DNA of 64,000 nucleotides, taken from positions 372,001 to 436,000 of the forward strand of contig LSRY02000013.1 in assembly GCA_001643675.2 (NCBI GenBank), given 5' to 3'. The translations under genes and the position numbers were made by a program. Positions 22,932 through 37,047 of this stretch are shown here, piece by piece. Each line of letters opens with the position of its first letter. The first letter of the stretch is position 1. Below the pieces are notes generated by a model that was not told the DNA's origin, did no database searches, and saw only the letters and a program-made list of their open reading frames with translations. The DNA comes from Monocercomonoides exilis PA203 (taxonomy: Eukaryota; Protista; Preaxostyla).

Positions 22932-24442
22932 ATGATGTGGAATCCAACTTTCAAGCGGTTGAAGCCCGCTTATGTTGAAGATTGCAGAAATCTTATAATT
23001 TTGTTTGGGCAAAAGAATGATTTTTCATACGCCTCATTTAAATCTGTTTGGGGTGACATGAAATTCACTTTCATCCATGATTCAAAGCCTGAAGATGTAG
23101 ATGATGACGATTTTATGCAGGAACTTTATAGAATATTTATAGGTATATGTTTTCTTTGTTATATGCATTTATTAATGTTTTTGTTATGTTTCTTTTATTG
23201 ATTTTTTTTAGATTTCCTCTTTATACAAGGACAACCATCTTATGTTCGAGTAGGTGCAATTTTTGGTTTATATACATTGTTTTTAACTCGTAAAGGGGAA
23301 AGAGTTTTGATCAAAATTGACGATAGTATGAAAAGACACCTTTAAAATTGTAATTTTATATATTTTTTTCCAAACTAACTATCTTTGGAAATAATTAATT
23401 GATGCTTTTTTTAACAGCCGTTATGCAGGAACTTCAAAGTCTTTCAAGAGAATTGATCGCACTAAATGCCACAGATGCATTCTTTGCTTTGAGAGATCTT
23501 CGCGTTATGCATAAAGCCTTTGCATACACAGCCGTTATGTACACTCCAGGGCCTCCATCTACATTGCCAGACGAAGAAATATCTGCATCCGTTCCTGCGG
23601 AATGGCTTACTTCCAATGGCGTGGCTACAAGCGTTGACTTTTTGGAAATACAAAGGGCAAAAGAGTCTTATGAACGTGCAAAAATTGTTGCACTTCAAGA
23701 GGCAAAGGACAATGGAGTTGAAAGCTCAACAATTGAAGAACTTCTTCACACTGATGTCCTGGCCCCAACAGTTGCAGAAGAGATTGTGAAACATGAAAGC
23801 TATATGTTGCAATCCATGACCCATGGAATTACAGATCCTACTGCTTTGATCGCAGAACGAATGAAATTGCGACTTCAAGCAATGTCTGTTGGAGTGAAGC
23901 ATACCTCACGAGGAAAAGAGGAAGATGAAGATGAAGGAATGGGGATCGGACTTGACGCAATGGGTGTCGGTACTGCAGGTGCGGTTCCTGGTGATGGTGA
24001 AGAAGACGGTATGGGCGAAGGAGGAGAAGGAGGAGAGGAAGGTGAGAACGGCATGCCTGGAATGGGCATGAAGAGAAGAAGGCCAATGATTGGTGTTCAG
24101 CAGCAGCAGCAACAACAACTGTCTCGTCCTCAATTCAAAAGAGGAAGGAAGTCACAATATCTTCAGGACTTTGACTTGGGAGGGCCAATGATGACGCCGC
24201 AAATGATGATGCAGATGGACCCACAAATGATGCAGCAGTATCAGCAATTGTTATTAACGCAACAGGCAGCTATGATGGCGCAGCAAGGACAAATGCAACA
24301 AATGCAGCAACAGCAGCAGCATCCAATGATGGTTTCCGGTGAGGGAATGCAGATGATGTCGCAAATGAATTCAGATGGAGAGACACAGGTCACAAGCTCT
24401 GAAATGGACATGAATGAACAGTCTCAAATGAAGCAAGAATAA
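22932..24442 (+). CDS. SNAPC1: snRNA-activating protein complex subunit 1 (SNAP43) homolog with Q/M-rich tail
   Basis: Exons 22932-23142, 23212-23325, 23418-24442. DCRNLI..F......YASFKSVWGDMKFTFIH and RVGAIFGLYTLF match the SNAP43 domain. Confidence 0.75.
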
Positions 24443-24766
24443 AAGTTTAACTTAATATGTTGCAAAATTTGCTTCATGAACAAAAATTATTAAGGAGCTT
24501 ATTTTTTTTTGAAAAAAAATAATTAACGAAGAATTTTTTTATATATTTTATTTATCCTTCTGTTCCAATTTTTAAAGACTTTATATCATTATTTTTGTTG
24601 CATGTTTATTTGTTCGTTGAAAACCATAGAAAAATGAAAGTAATTTCAAAGTCCAATAAATAAACTCCGCTAATAATCAATAATAACTGTTAAAAGTTAT
24701 GTTTCGTACGACTTGATTATTTGATCTTTTGTATTATTCTTCAAATAGAAAGTATTTAGAACAAAA

Positions 24767-27044
24767 ATGGAACAGTTCTCAGATATAGATAAACTTGCCG
24801 TTTCCACCATTAGACTGCTTTGCGCTGATATCGTGCAAAAACCAAAATCTGTTTGCTTTGAAAGTCCTGTTTCGGTGAAATTACTTTTTTTTGTGCTTTT
24901 AATATAAAAACTCAGGGACATCCTGGAGCACCAATGGGTATGGCTCCAATGGCACATACATTATTTTCTCGTGTTTTAAAATTTGATCCCCACGATCCGG
25001 CATGGATTAACAGAGATCGCTTTGTACTTTCAAATGGGCACGCAAGCTCTTTGATTTACTCCATGTTGCATTTATGCCAATATGGCATCACTGAGGATGA
25101 ATTGCAAACATTCAGATCATATGGTTCGCGCCTTGCAGGGCATCCAGAGTCGTTGCATGTTCCAGGAGTTGAAGTTACAACTGGACCTCTTGGAAATGGT
25201 TTATTTTTAAATTTTTAACAAGAGTTCAAAAAAATTTTTCAAACTTTTCCTTAAACATAGGAATTTCTGCTGCTGTTGGTCTTGCTATTGCAGAAAAGCA
25301 TCTTGCCGCCACATACAACAAACCAAATTATGATATTTTTAATTCCAACGTATTTGTCTTCTGTGGTGATGGATGTTTACAAGAAGGCGTAGCATCAGAA
25401 GCTTGCTCTCTTGCCGGAACCCTTGGATTGGACAATTTAATTGTTTTATACGATGATAATGGAATTACAATTGATGGTCCAACAACAATTTCATTTTCAG
25501 AAGATGTGAAAAAGCGCTTTGAGGCATATGGATGGGATGTTCAAAGCGTGGAAAATGGAGACTCAGATATGCAAAGCATTCTTCAAGCGATTGAAAGAGC
25601 AAAGAGCAACAGTTGCGGATGCAGTTCATCATCGTCTGCAACACCTTCCACAAACAGCTGTGGAGGTAAACCTCATCTGATTGCTGTTCATACAACAATC
25701 GGATTTGGAGCAAAGCTTCAGGGAACATCGAAAGTCCACGGATCTCCACTTGGTGAAGAAGACATTGAAAGACTGAAAGGAGAATGGGGCTTTGATCCAA
25801 AGAAGAAGTATTTCATTCCAGAAGAGGTGAAGAAATTCTATTCTGAGAAGGTTGTTCCGCGCGCACAGTCTGCGAAAAAGGAGTGGGATGCACTTTTTGC
25901 AAAGTACTGCGAAGAATACAAAGCAGAAGGAGAAGCGCTGCAACAGCTGTTCATTAAAGGAGATCTTCCAGCTGGCTGGAGAGATGCTCTTCCCAAATAC
26001 AAGCCAGAAAGCGAAGGAGGAAAGCCAGAAGCCACACGAAAGTCTTCTGAGCTTGTGATGGCAGCGTTGGCAGAGAAGGTTCCGCAAATTGTGGGAGGAT
26101 CAGCAGATTTGCTTGGGTCGACGCTTGCATCAGTGAAAGGATCGCCGATTATGAAGAAAGGAGATTTCTCAGGAAGAAACATCGCATTTGGCATTCGCGA
26201 GCACGCCATGTGTGCCATTGGAAATGGAATTGCCTCGTTTTGCAAGGGATACATTCCTTTTGTGTCCACCTTCCTCGTCTTTGCTCCATATGCATTTGGA
26301 GCCATCCGTCTGTCTGCTTTGTCTCATCTGCGTGTTCTGTTTGTCTTCACACACGACTCCATCGGTGTTGGCGAAGACGGCCCAACTCATCAGCCCATAG
26401 AGACACTCACACAGCTCCGTGCCCTTCCGAATCTGCTTGTTATGCGCCCGGCTGATGGCAAAGAGACAGCTGGCGCATATGCAACAGCAGTCCGTCAGGA
26501 TGGCCGTTCAACTGTGTTTGCTCTTTCTCGCCAAAATCTCCCTCAGCTCGAAGGCTCAAAAGAGGAAGAGGGAGTTGAGAAGGGTGCTTATGTTGTGTAC
26601 CAATCTGGAACTCAGCCAGCAGCAGATGCACAAGCGCCGTTTGATGGACAGAGCATCACCATTCTTTCGACAGGGTCAGAGGTGCATCTGAGCATCGAGG
26701 CAGCGAAGCTGTTGGCTTCTTCTGTGAAATCTGTCCGTGTTGTATCTGTTCCTTGCATGGAGCTCTTCCGCGAACAACCTGCTACATACCGTGCCTCTAT
26801 TCTTGGGTGCACTTGCAATGCGCCTTGCTCATCGGAGCTTGTGATGTCTGTGGAGGCTGGCCTTACCAACTGCTGGTGCGAGTTCTCGCACTGCCAAATG
26901 GGCATTAATACATTTGGAGTGTCTTGCCCAGAAAAGCATGTTTACAACCACTTCCACCTTACACCAGAGGGAATCCGCGATCGTGCTATGGTAGAGCTGA
27001 AGCTTCACCAAGGAAAATTCCTTGAAACCCTTGTTCTGGAATAA
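24767..27044 (+). CDS. TKT: Transketolase
   Basis: Exons 24767-24850, 24916-25198, 25261-27044. Motifs SGHPGAPMG, NRDRFVLSNGH, GDGCLQEG, GGSADL, FGIREH and HDSIGVGEDGPTHQP. Confidence 0.97.
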
Positions 27045-28345
27045 ATATTTGCTGTATTTAGAATTCTTCTTTAATTTTATTTCTTTTATCAACTTCATGA
27101 GTGCGTTTATGTTGTAGACATCATTGTGATGTTGTTTTTATGGAATCATTATCTATAATGAATTTATAATTGATAACATTTATTCTTTGCTTCAATAACA
27201 TTCAAAAATTATGAATTCAATCATTTGGCTGGCATATTTGTATGAAATTAAGCATTTGTTGAACTAAAACATCAAAAGCATAAAAATTAAAAGATTGAGA
27301 AGAAAATCTCAACGTTCAGTTAGTTTTACGACAATGGTTTCACGTTTGCTTGCTTCAATTCTCGAAATGATTTGAACTTCTGTTTCATTAATAACAAAAA
27401 TGAAATGAAATAACAATTTTCCATATTATCTTCAACACGTCTTCACAACGTGAAATACAGCTTGTCTTTTTTTTTTCTTTCTTTTTTTGCTTTTTGGAGT
27501 GATTTTCTCTTTTCCTTTTGAAATTTCTTTTTTTAAAAATACTCAATTTAATTTCCAAAAGTTAATGAGCTTGCAAGATTCAAACATTCTTAAATGTGCA
27601 GATGAATGCATGTCATTTCCCAAATAAGAAGTTGAAATCATGTAATTGCATATTCTGAGATTGTTCGTGCTTTGGGGGAAAATGTTTAATTTAGAAGATT
27701 TTTTAACTTTCTGAAACACAAAAACTTTGAAAATGTTCTTTAAACATTTGTTGCTGTCGAAATGGTGAAAGTTCTTCAGGGAAATATTGTTCGAATTGCC
27801 TTTGTCAGTAGAATTGATCTGAAGTTTCTTCAATCATCCTTTTCTTCAAGGGATTTCTGCTTTTTTCATCAATTTTCATTTTAATTTTATCATGAAATTA
27901 TAATTCATTTTTTGTTTTTATCATGTTGAATGGCATTGATTATATGTAGTTTCAATAATGGTGAAAGCGATAATACTCTCACGTTTTGGAAAAAATACGA
28001 CTTCTCATGTAAAAAATCGATTTAAAAAAATTGACAATCTTGTTTGGTAGCAAAAATTGTCTGAGAATCAAATTCTGCAAAATAAGCTCTCCACCAGCAT
28101 GAAATATTAGTATATGATTTTTGATGCATATGAACACAAATTGTCAAATTGCTAATAAAAAGAGAAACAAAACTGTTTTTGGATTAAACAGAAAAATTAT
28201 ATTTTGTTAAAAGAAAAGAACAAATTATTTTGTTATTAGAGTCACAAATGCATTTTCTAATGATTAGTTCAATATAATGTTTATTTTTTAAATTCAGATT
28301 ATTCATAACCTTTACAAAAATATTGACTTCACATTTATTGTTTTT

Positions 28346-29521
28346 ATGATGCAAACAGTGAAGCCATTCACAATAGAATGTCTTGAAAAGAAAGTTAGAT
28401 TGGATCGCAGACAGTTTTATGAGCGAAGAGCAACAAAAGTGTTTTTTGATAAAACAAACAATCATTCTGAAGTTTATATGGGAAAAACAAAGTATGCATT
28501 GTTTAAATCAAAATTATGCAATGTTTTCTTGTGTTTACGTTTAGAGTTATTTGTGCGGTTACTGGAAGGATGTCAACTCCAAAGAAAGAAAGACCTTCAG
28601 ATGGACAAATTCATGTGAAAGTTCATTTCAGTCCGCTTGGCTCACCTGAATATGATTTGGGGAGGTATTAAGCAAATGCTACATACAAATGAAATATTTA
28701 AGAGTTTATTAATGACATTTTTTAAAATCCCATGTCAATTCAGATTATCTGTGCGCTGTTTAGAGATTGCGAGGATTGTTGAACGAGGTATTCGAGAAAG
28801 CGGATCCATAAGTACAAGAGCATTGTGCGTTTTGGCAACAGTTCATGTTTGGGACATTGATGTAAATATTCATATCATTGATGATTGCGGAAACGTCATT
28901 GATGCTTCTCTTCTGGCAGCCTTTGCAGCACTTCTCAACTTTAAAAAACTACGAACATCAATTGTTTCTGACAAGCTGATAGTGGTTTGATTGTTCATAG
29001 TTGTTCTTTTATTTTTGAACTTTATTTTATTGAATTAGCATCCTGCCTCAGAGCTTAGACCAGTTCCACTCACTCTTCTCCACGTTCCTGTGTCTGCAAC
29101 TTTCGCCTTGTTTTCTTCTCCGTTTGCTTCTTTTTTTATCAGTTTTTAAGAAAAATAGCTTATGCAATTTTGTGTTCATAATCTAATAAAACTTCTTGTA
29201 AATTTCAGGTTTGCAGCTCTTTTGGATCCAACGGAGGAAGAAGAAAAAGTTGCGGATGGCTTCATAACTATTATAAGCAATTCAAGACGAAAGATCTGTG
29301 GAATAGAGAAATCTGGAGGACCTGCTCTAAGTCCGATGCAAATACTTGAAATGAGCCGTATTTCCATTTCCAATGCAATTCACTTCCACCGAATACTCAC
29401 ACAGACAAAATACTTCCCCGAGGAAAGGTGTGCTTGAAGTCTAAATTATTTTATTTTAACGATGAATAATTAATTTAGAAACAGCGAAGGGATAACCTTG
29501 GATATTCCTCTTCCAGAATGA
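28346..29521 (+). CDS. EXOSC9: Exosome complex component RRP45 (RNase PH fold)
   Basis: Multi-exon. RLDRR, GKTRV, ERPSDG..FSPLGSP, RESGSISTRALCV..VWDIDVNIHIIDDCGNVIDA, LDPTEEEE and ICGIEKSGG. Confidence 0.88.
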
Positions 29522-30033
29522 AGAGAACACACCTCTCACTTCACTGCAAAGGCATTGAACTCCAAAAGGAAAGACAAGTGGATTTTCATTTCATAAATTT
29601 TTGTTATCATTTCACTTTTTCCAACTCGTATTTTCATCCAAAAAAACAGTAAAAATCAAGCAAAAACAATTTGATATCCATGTTTTTGAGAGGAAAACAT
29701 TTTTTGAATAAATTAGAAGCCTTGTATCAATTTGATATTTTTTAATAACCCAAATAACTTTTGAAATCATCGGTAATTATTAACGTTATGTATCAGCAAC
29801 AAAGTTTTTTAAGTTTCATAAAAATAAACTTAACAATTTCATCTAAAAAAATTATGAAGTGATAACAACTTGACAGAAACAACACTAAATTTTAATAATG
29901 ATTTTATAGCATACAAAGAAAATAACTTTCAAAGAAAGGATTTTAAAAGCTGAAACAGAATTATCAACAAAAAATATAAAAATATCAGCGGTTGAAATGC
30001 ACAGAAGCCTAATTAAGATGCATGAGTTACAAT

Positions 30034-30844
30034 TCAAGTTCTTGATTTTGATAAATTCATCCCAGAATAAGAATTCCAAGTGGAACTCTTCTTTGTCATC
30101 GTATCAATTTGTTTGGATACTTCTTCAAGAAGCGAAAGCGGTGCCTGATCAGAATTAGTTCGACTAGTTCTCCATGACAGAGTTGAAGTGAATGCTGGAT
30201 CATTTAGAACTCGAGCAGGACCTCCAACGGTTGCAGTTCCAGGGATATGAGTAAAAGTTCGCTTTTTCTCTTTCAGAATAAGTTCTTTCAGTTTTGTACT
30301 TAAAGAGCTGTTAACAACTTGCTGTAAGGAATCAAAATTTAATCTTCCACTGGGTGTTCGTTTAACGGGTTTTATTAGTTTCATCACCTCTTGGACAGTC
30401 GGACGTGGAAGTTCAACTGGATTATGTTCCAATACATCTGTTCTTTCTGCTTTTGAAAGGCCTTTCCAATGTTTCTAAATAATAATTATTATTATAATAA
30501 CATATAAAGCAGGAAATTGAGTTCACAAATGAAAGCCAAACAACAAATATTCCAAGTTTTATTTCTTCTTCTGCTTCCTTTATCATTGTGTTGATTTCAA
30601 CTTTTGAAAGTGGATGAGTTCGGGCAAAACCTCCGCAAATAAAACCTTCCTCATTACAAGGACCAAAATCAACAAATACTTTTAGCGCTCCCCAAGAATG
30701 AGGGCTTTTCACTCCAGAAGGAAAAACAAACTGATGAAAGTCTCTATTTTCAAGTAAAAGTACAAAAGTTCACACTCGTAAAAAGTTTTCTAATGCAACC
30801 GAATTTATTTCAGATTTGTCTTCCGTTTCTTTAGCTTGCATCAT
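30034..30844 (-). CDS. Hypothetical protein (3 exons)
   Basis: Spliceable minus-strand ORFs MMQAKETEDK..., FPSGVKSPHSWGALKVFVDFGP... and EHNPVELPRPTVQEVMK...; no family recognised. Confidence 0.6.
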
Positions 30845-31013
30845 TCAAAATGTCTGAGAACTCAAAAAAGCAGTTACTGAAGAAAAGAAATTATTTTTCT
30901 TATGGGTTCAATTCTTTACGCATTGGATAATACGCTGAATTTTATTTTTACAGTTTTGAATAACAATTACAAAAAATAGATCCCAAAATATTTTTTTAAC
31001 AAAATTTCGAAAA

Positions 31014-31862
31014 ATGAATTTCGAAGGAGACGACGCGCCCATTCCATCTCGTGGAAAAGGTAAAAGGCAAAAAAAGCAAAAAGGAAAAGTTGAAGAATCA
31101 GGTGATGCATTTTCTTCAACTGCAGATCAGGATTATCGGCAATCTCAAAGTGGAAACGGCTGGGCAGGTGGAGATGATGAACCCCAGCAAAAATTGCATG
31201 AGACAACTTCTGTAACATATGTTGATCAAAGTTTGTGATTAATATTCGCGAATTGCTCATCATCTTTTTTTTAGCCGATAATTTTGCTGTTGCTCTTCAG
31301 GATGGTGATGACATTACAAATCAAGTTTGCAGCAAATGAATTAATCTATATATTTTTGATTTCACCTTGTAATATAATATTTTATCGTGCTAAGGTTGCT
31401 GAAGCACCAGCTGTACATCAACAAAAAATACACACTTTGAATGAATTGAACAGCTTAATAACTTCTGCTCAGCCAATTCAAATGGTATGTTTTTCCTTTA
31501 TTTCGTTTGTTTTGCGATATGCGTATTGTTTATTTGGGATTTGAATTTTTTATTGTTCTCAGAGTTCTGGAGGAGTCAATATGTCGGTTCTTATTTCTTC
31601 AATTTTTCCACCAGACCTTGTTGAAGAATATGATGAACCATGGGATCACTCAACTTTATTAAAAGATATAACGCAAGAAATGCAATCCGAAAAAACTTCT
31701 GGTGAGAGTTCCTTATCTCATTCAAAGGGAGCATCCTCTTCTCAAGCCAAATTGCTTTCTTCTACAGCTTCTTCAAAATCATTGTCTGATTCTTCATCAA
31801 AGTTGCGTACAGGCCCTCCTCGCTTTACCCAAACAATGATTGCTGGAAAGCCTCCGATATGA
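31014..31862 (+). CDS. IFT43: Intraflagellar transport protein 43 (IFT-A)
   Basis: Multi-exon. GW motif, DDITNQVAEAP, HTLNELN and GVNMSVL.SSIFPPDLVEEYDEPWD..TLL..ITQEM match IFT43. Confidence 0.75.
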
Positions 31863-33573
31863 AGATGGTCATTTCTATCGCAAATTTATGTTGATATTAT
31901 TGTTTGTTTCAAAAGAGTCTTTAAAAAGAAAGATCGTATTTTCGAAGAAAGTTTTTAAGTTGAAAAACTGTTTTAAATCATATCAATCAGATAATCATGA
32001 AACAATTGAACATAAAGCGAATAAAAACACGAAAAATAACAAATCATAACTGGGGAAAATAATAATAATAAATAAATTAAAATAAATAAATAAATAAAAA
32101 AAATAAAAATAACTAACTTTCCAAAAATACCAAAATTAAGAGGGTTTTTATTTTTTTATTAAAAAACATAAATAGCAATTCAGAATAAGCAGTGCCAATG
32201 ATCCATTCACTTCCCCTGTGCAGAAGAGCGAAACGAACGAATTGGAGAATGAGAAAGTGAGAGTTGTTGTTGTTGAAGTTGTTGTTGACTCTGAGTTTGA
32301 GACTGAGTTTGAGACCGCGTTTGGATTTGAGCCTGAATTTGAGTCTGATTCTGAGCAGCAGGCATTCCGATTGAGAAGCTGTGTGCGTTCAGCAACTACA
32401 CGATCCTTTCAAGGGATTCTTTCAAATCACCAGGCAGCGCTCTTCACCCCGCAACTTTGCTTTAAACTGAGAGAAACAGATGAACATCTTGGCGACTGGA
32501 ACTTCAGAGATGTTGAAGCTTGGTTCTTTGCTTTCACTAACGAAACAAGCATCTTGTAGCAAGGTAGAGATAGCAGTAGTGTTGTCTTTATTGATTAAAA
32601 GCAGCTCTTTGTTCTGTCTGAAAGAGGCAATGCGGCATCGAAAAAAGAAGTAAAATGGAGATTGATGGAAGTACCAACTGCCTTTGCACTTTCTGGTTGC
32701 TTTGTTTTATCTCTTCAATCTTCATCCTATGTAAAATAGTTGTATTGTGTGCGTTTTTCGCATGCCAATAAATGCTATTGTCTTTGAACACGCAATAATT
32801 AGATATTTTGTCTGCTGCTTGCCTCAATTTTTTCAAAACTCCAAATTGTTTGTTCTTATTTTCAACAAAAACCTGGCAATTTCGAGAGAAGTCCTTGCCT
32901 TTCTGGAGAATGTTAAACTTTATTTTTTTATTCAGGCAGATAAAATCTTTTATCTGAATGAAACAAAAACAGTTAATGCATTCAGATAACGCACAGTGGA
33001 AAAACAGAGGTTAGGTTCATCTCATTAACATACACAAGTGCTTCAACCATTAATCCAAAAATAAGCTGAGAAAAAGAAAGCATCAACAAAATAAGAAGAA
33101 TATCATGGCTGTTAAGTTCAGTAATTTTAGTGTTCTCCACCGTTCAGTGTCAAATTACAACGGAAATACCAATTAATCGAAAAAAGAATGTGATCATTTC
33201 AAATGATTCAGTGAATTTTCAAATAAGTGTTTCTGTGTTGTTTTTCATCGAAAGCCGTGTCAAGTTACGAAAAAAGTGGATCACACAGAACAGTATATAA
33301 GATGAACTTTCTTTTTAAAGATTTTAGTGAATTGTGTTTCTTCGAATAAAGCTTCAATAAATGAAAAAGTTGAATATGAGAATACAAAAAGTTCACTGCT
33401 CAGATTGGAGAATTAGTTGAATAAAAGAAAATGTTGTTTGAAGGCACTTTTTCAGTTGTTAAATTTTTAATCTTCAACATCTGATAACTGGGTTTTTGTA
33501 TTTAAATTATTAATTACAGGAAACTGTTGATCCATTAATTATTTAATAAGTTATATTTCTTAATCGGAAGGAA

Positions 33574-35141
33574 ATGGACAATCAATCAAATGAAAAACAA
33601 AAAAATAATAATAAAAAGAAGTACATACAGCAAGTTCATAAATGTGGAAAATCAGGAAAGAAATCTTTTAAGCAAATTACTTTTGGGAATATAGGGGTGA
33701 TTTGTACAACAGAAAAACGCTTCCAAAGATTTTGTGGAAAAGAGTCGCGAATGCTTCTTTCTGAAGCATTTGAAAAAAGATATGGAAAATTTGATAAGAA
33801 AGATGATAAAGAAGCTGATGTAAAAGGTGATATATTTTTTGCTAAGACGTTTTATAACACTATTTTTTTCTCTTATTCATCACAGAACATGACCGTTCAA
33901 CGGCTGATTTGTTAGGTGATGAAATTTCTGACATTAAGGAAGAAATGGCCGCCAAAGATTCCCAACATCGTTTGTGGGAGTTTACAAACACAAAATGCAA
34001 TGGAATCGAATATCTTGAACTTAACCCTGAGGCTATTCAAATGATGAAGGGGGAATCATTGTCCGCTTTTTTAAATTATGTTTTTGAAACACCAAGCTCT
34101 GTTGATACTCGACATGTACGAAGAATGATCCCTCTTGAACAAACTTTTCATGCGGATAAAAAGTCACTTGAAACGGCTATTGAAAAGGCGTCTCGCCCTA
34201 TTATGTCTGAACTATTTAAAGATGAAGGGTCAGTTTTCACTTATAGGCTGGAGGTATTTAATGTGTTTTATTTGTTTAGAATTTTAAGAACGATTTTTTT
34301 TTTTCAGTTTAAATCAAGGAATAATGAAGAGATAGATTTTGATTCTACGTTATCTTCTCTAATATCAGTTTTAAATTCTATTGCTTCTTCGCTTCTCAAT
34401 TCTTCTGATAATAATCAAAAGGAAGCAAAAGATGCATCTTCTTCTACTTCGACATCTGTTGTAGCTTCTCAAACAGCAAAAGCTGTATGGGCTCCTCAGC
34501 TGATCATACCAGAAACAATAACAAGTGCACCTTCATCATCTCCATTTTCATCCCTTCAAAGTGAAAGCAGCGTTGAAAATCCATTTGTGCTTGCTAATCT
34601 GAATGAAGATGAAGTTAAGAGCTCAGAAATATCAGATGTTCCAGCTGACTTTGGCGCTGGTTGGACACCGTCACTCCCATCTCCTGAAAAGACGGAAAGC
34701 TCCAGCAGCTCGCCTTCTGATAAGACTGAAAGCGACAGCAGCTCATCCGTTCCTTCTGAAAAGCCAAACAATACTGCTTCTTCTCGTGTGAAGCTGAACT
34801 GGAGCAATCCTCTTTACAACTTCATTGTTGAGGTTGTGAACACTGTTTGTGGCCTTACTGTTGTCTCTCATTCTGAATGGATTCGCTCGCACAAGTGGAG
34901 CTTTGATGTTGCAAAAAAAGGCAAACTGTCAATGGAAACGGGAAGTTCATCTGCTTCATCATTTTCACCAAAGGAAGAATTATCTACAAGTGAAGAAAAG
35001 AAAGAAGATCTGGAAAATGAAGATGTGCCACACAAAAGAGGAAGAGAGAATGAAGATGAAAATAATGAAAGTGGAGAAGATAATATTAGTCAAGCAATTT
35101 CCTTCCCATCAAAGCGAATTATAACAGATTGCGATTCATAA
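33574..35141 (+). CDS. THUMPD1: THUMP domain protein (Tan1/THUMPD1, tRNA ac4C adaptor)
   Basis: Two introns (~33827-33886, ~34254-34308). GVICTT, TRHVRRMIPLE, YRLEFKSRNN and LNWSNP..FIVEVVNTVCGLTVV; long Ser-rich insertion. Confidence 0.8.
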
Positions 35142-35606
35142 ATTATTGATATTAATTATTAAAAAGAAAGAGAATGTATTTTATCAGAAATGTTTCTTTG
35201 CTCTTTTTGTGATATTTTTAAAACAGATACAAATAATTATGATTAATAAAAAGAATGTAATTATTACGATTTAATTTAAGGTTCTCCCTTTTTTTAAAGG
35301 AATACTTTTTTTAACATTTAAATTAAAACAATAATTAATTGTATAATTTTTTTTCTCAATTTCTTTGAAATTATTATTTTGGTTGGTTTGATCAATAAAC
35401 AAAAGATTTCCATTTTTGGCTCATACAGCCAATCCTTGAAGCTTCTTCGCAATTTCTTTTGCGCTTCTTTCATATAAACAAAAACATAACGGTTTATATT
35501 GAAATCTTTTTCATTTTGCGAGATAATCAACGGTGTGTATTTTATCGTAATTTTGTTATTTGCCAAGCTTTGCCCCTCTTTTTGAATATTTTTTTTTACA
35601 AACAGA

Positions 35607-37047
35607 ATGAGTTTGCCAAATAATATATCTGAAGATAGAATACAGATGATGTCCAAAACCAAGCAGTTTTCAAGTTTACCATTTTATTTTGATTGAACAA
35701 TTTTGAGCAAATTATTTGTTTTTTTAAATCCCCTTTGCAGAGTTGTTTCGTGAACTGGAACATTGCAGAGAAGATGAACAAATGCAAAAAATGGAGGAAA
35801 TGAAAAGAATGATGGATGAAATGAATGGAGAAGAATTCAAATCGATTTTCACAAAAGAACTGTTCGATGAAATGGGAAAAAATATTGAAGAAAAGAAAAT
35901 GTCAATTAAAAATATAGTTCATTTATTGAAGCTTATTGGATATGATGACTTATCGACTGAATTATGTTCGAAAAGTTTTAATGAATCATTCATGAGCAAA
36001 ATAGTTCAAAATATGGTCGTTGAAGAAGAGAAGAAAAAAGAAAGAATGAATGAAAGCCTTTTGATTGATCTTTGTGAATGCTATCTCATGCTGAATGACA
36101 ATTTTTTTTCAGAAAAATTGCTTTCTATATGTGTGCCAAACCTATTGCAAGTTGCATTGAAGAAAGAAGTCTGTAAGGAAGTTCAAAAAGACGTGGAACT
36201 TGCATTGACTGCATTGTCTTGCATTAGCACATCTATAGTTTGGGCAATTTTTGATTGATAGCTTTTTGATCTCTTTTTTTAAAATAAGAACGTGAAACAG
36301 GAATGGTATTTGAATAAGATCAAAGAAATTATCCAATATCATCAGAAACATCACAATTTGACCCACTTAGCTTATCAATCTGCTTGGCAGTTTCTAATCT
36401 TCAGGTTTTGCGAAGACAAAAGTTTTAAAGAATTGATTGTAAATGAGCTGCATTTTGCGAGAGAGGCAATAAAAGAATTGGAAGAGTTAACAGATTGTCG
36501 GAAGCGGAAGAAAAAGGAAAAGAAATCGAAGTATAGGAAAACAGAGAAGGTTTTTATGAGATGGGTAATTTCATTGCTCTATTATGTTCGCACGTTTCAA
36601 TTGTTGAATGAAGAACACATTGAACTAGTTCATCGTCTTGTCTGTCTGCACAGAGCGGATATAAAAAATGAAATTGAAATATTAGAAAGTTTTGTAATAA
36701 TTTTTTGGGAAATGAGCGGAAATGAGTCTGTGTGCATTGATATTTTGCTGAAAGAAGGTGCATTCGATGAGATTCTGAAAGAAATTCAGCTATCAACATC
36801 GAAAAATGAAATTATATATTATTGCTTAGCATTTTATTTAAAAATTTCAGATCGATTGAAAGAAAAGAAGTATGATGAAAAGGAAGAAAAGGAGAGAAAA
36901 GAATTGAAAAGGAAAGTTCATGAAAAGATTGAAGAAGAAGGATATGAAGATGTTATCACAAGCTTTTATCAATCATTTGATTTTTTCAACAATCAATTTT
37001 ATTTCGAATTATCATTGGATATTTCAGATTATTTTGTGAATGCTTGA
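35607..37047 (+). CDS. Lineage-specific expanded-family protein, copy 2
   Basis: Three exons with the same intron layout and motifs as 15587-16993. Confidence 0.8.

Noticed and set aside
32146-33110. Gene on the minus strand with a Q-rich tail
   Set aside because: I could not build a consistent stop-free exon chain or recognise a family; it may be a relic.
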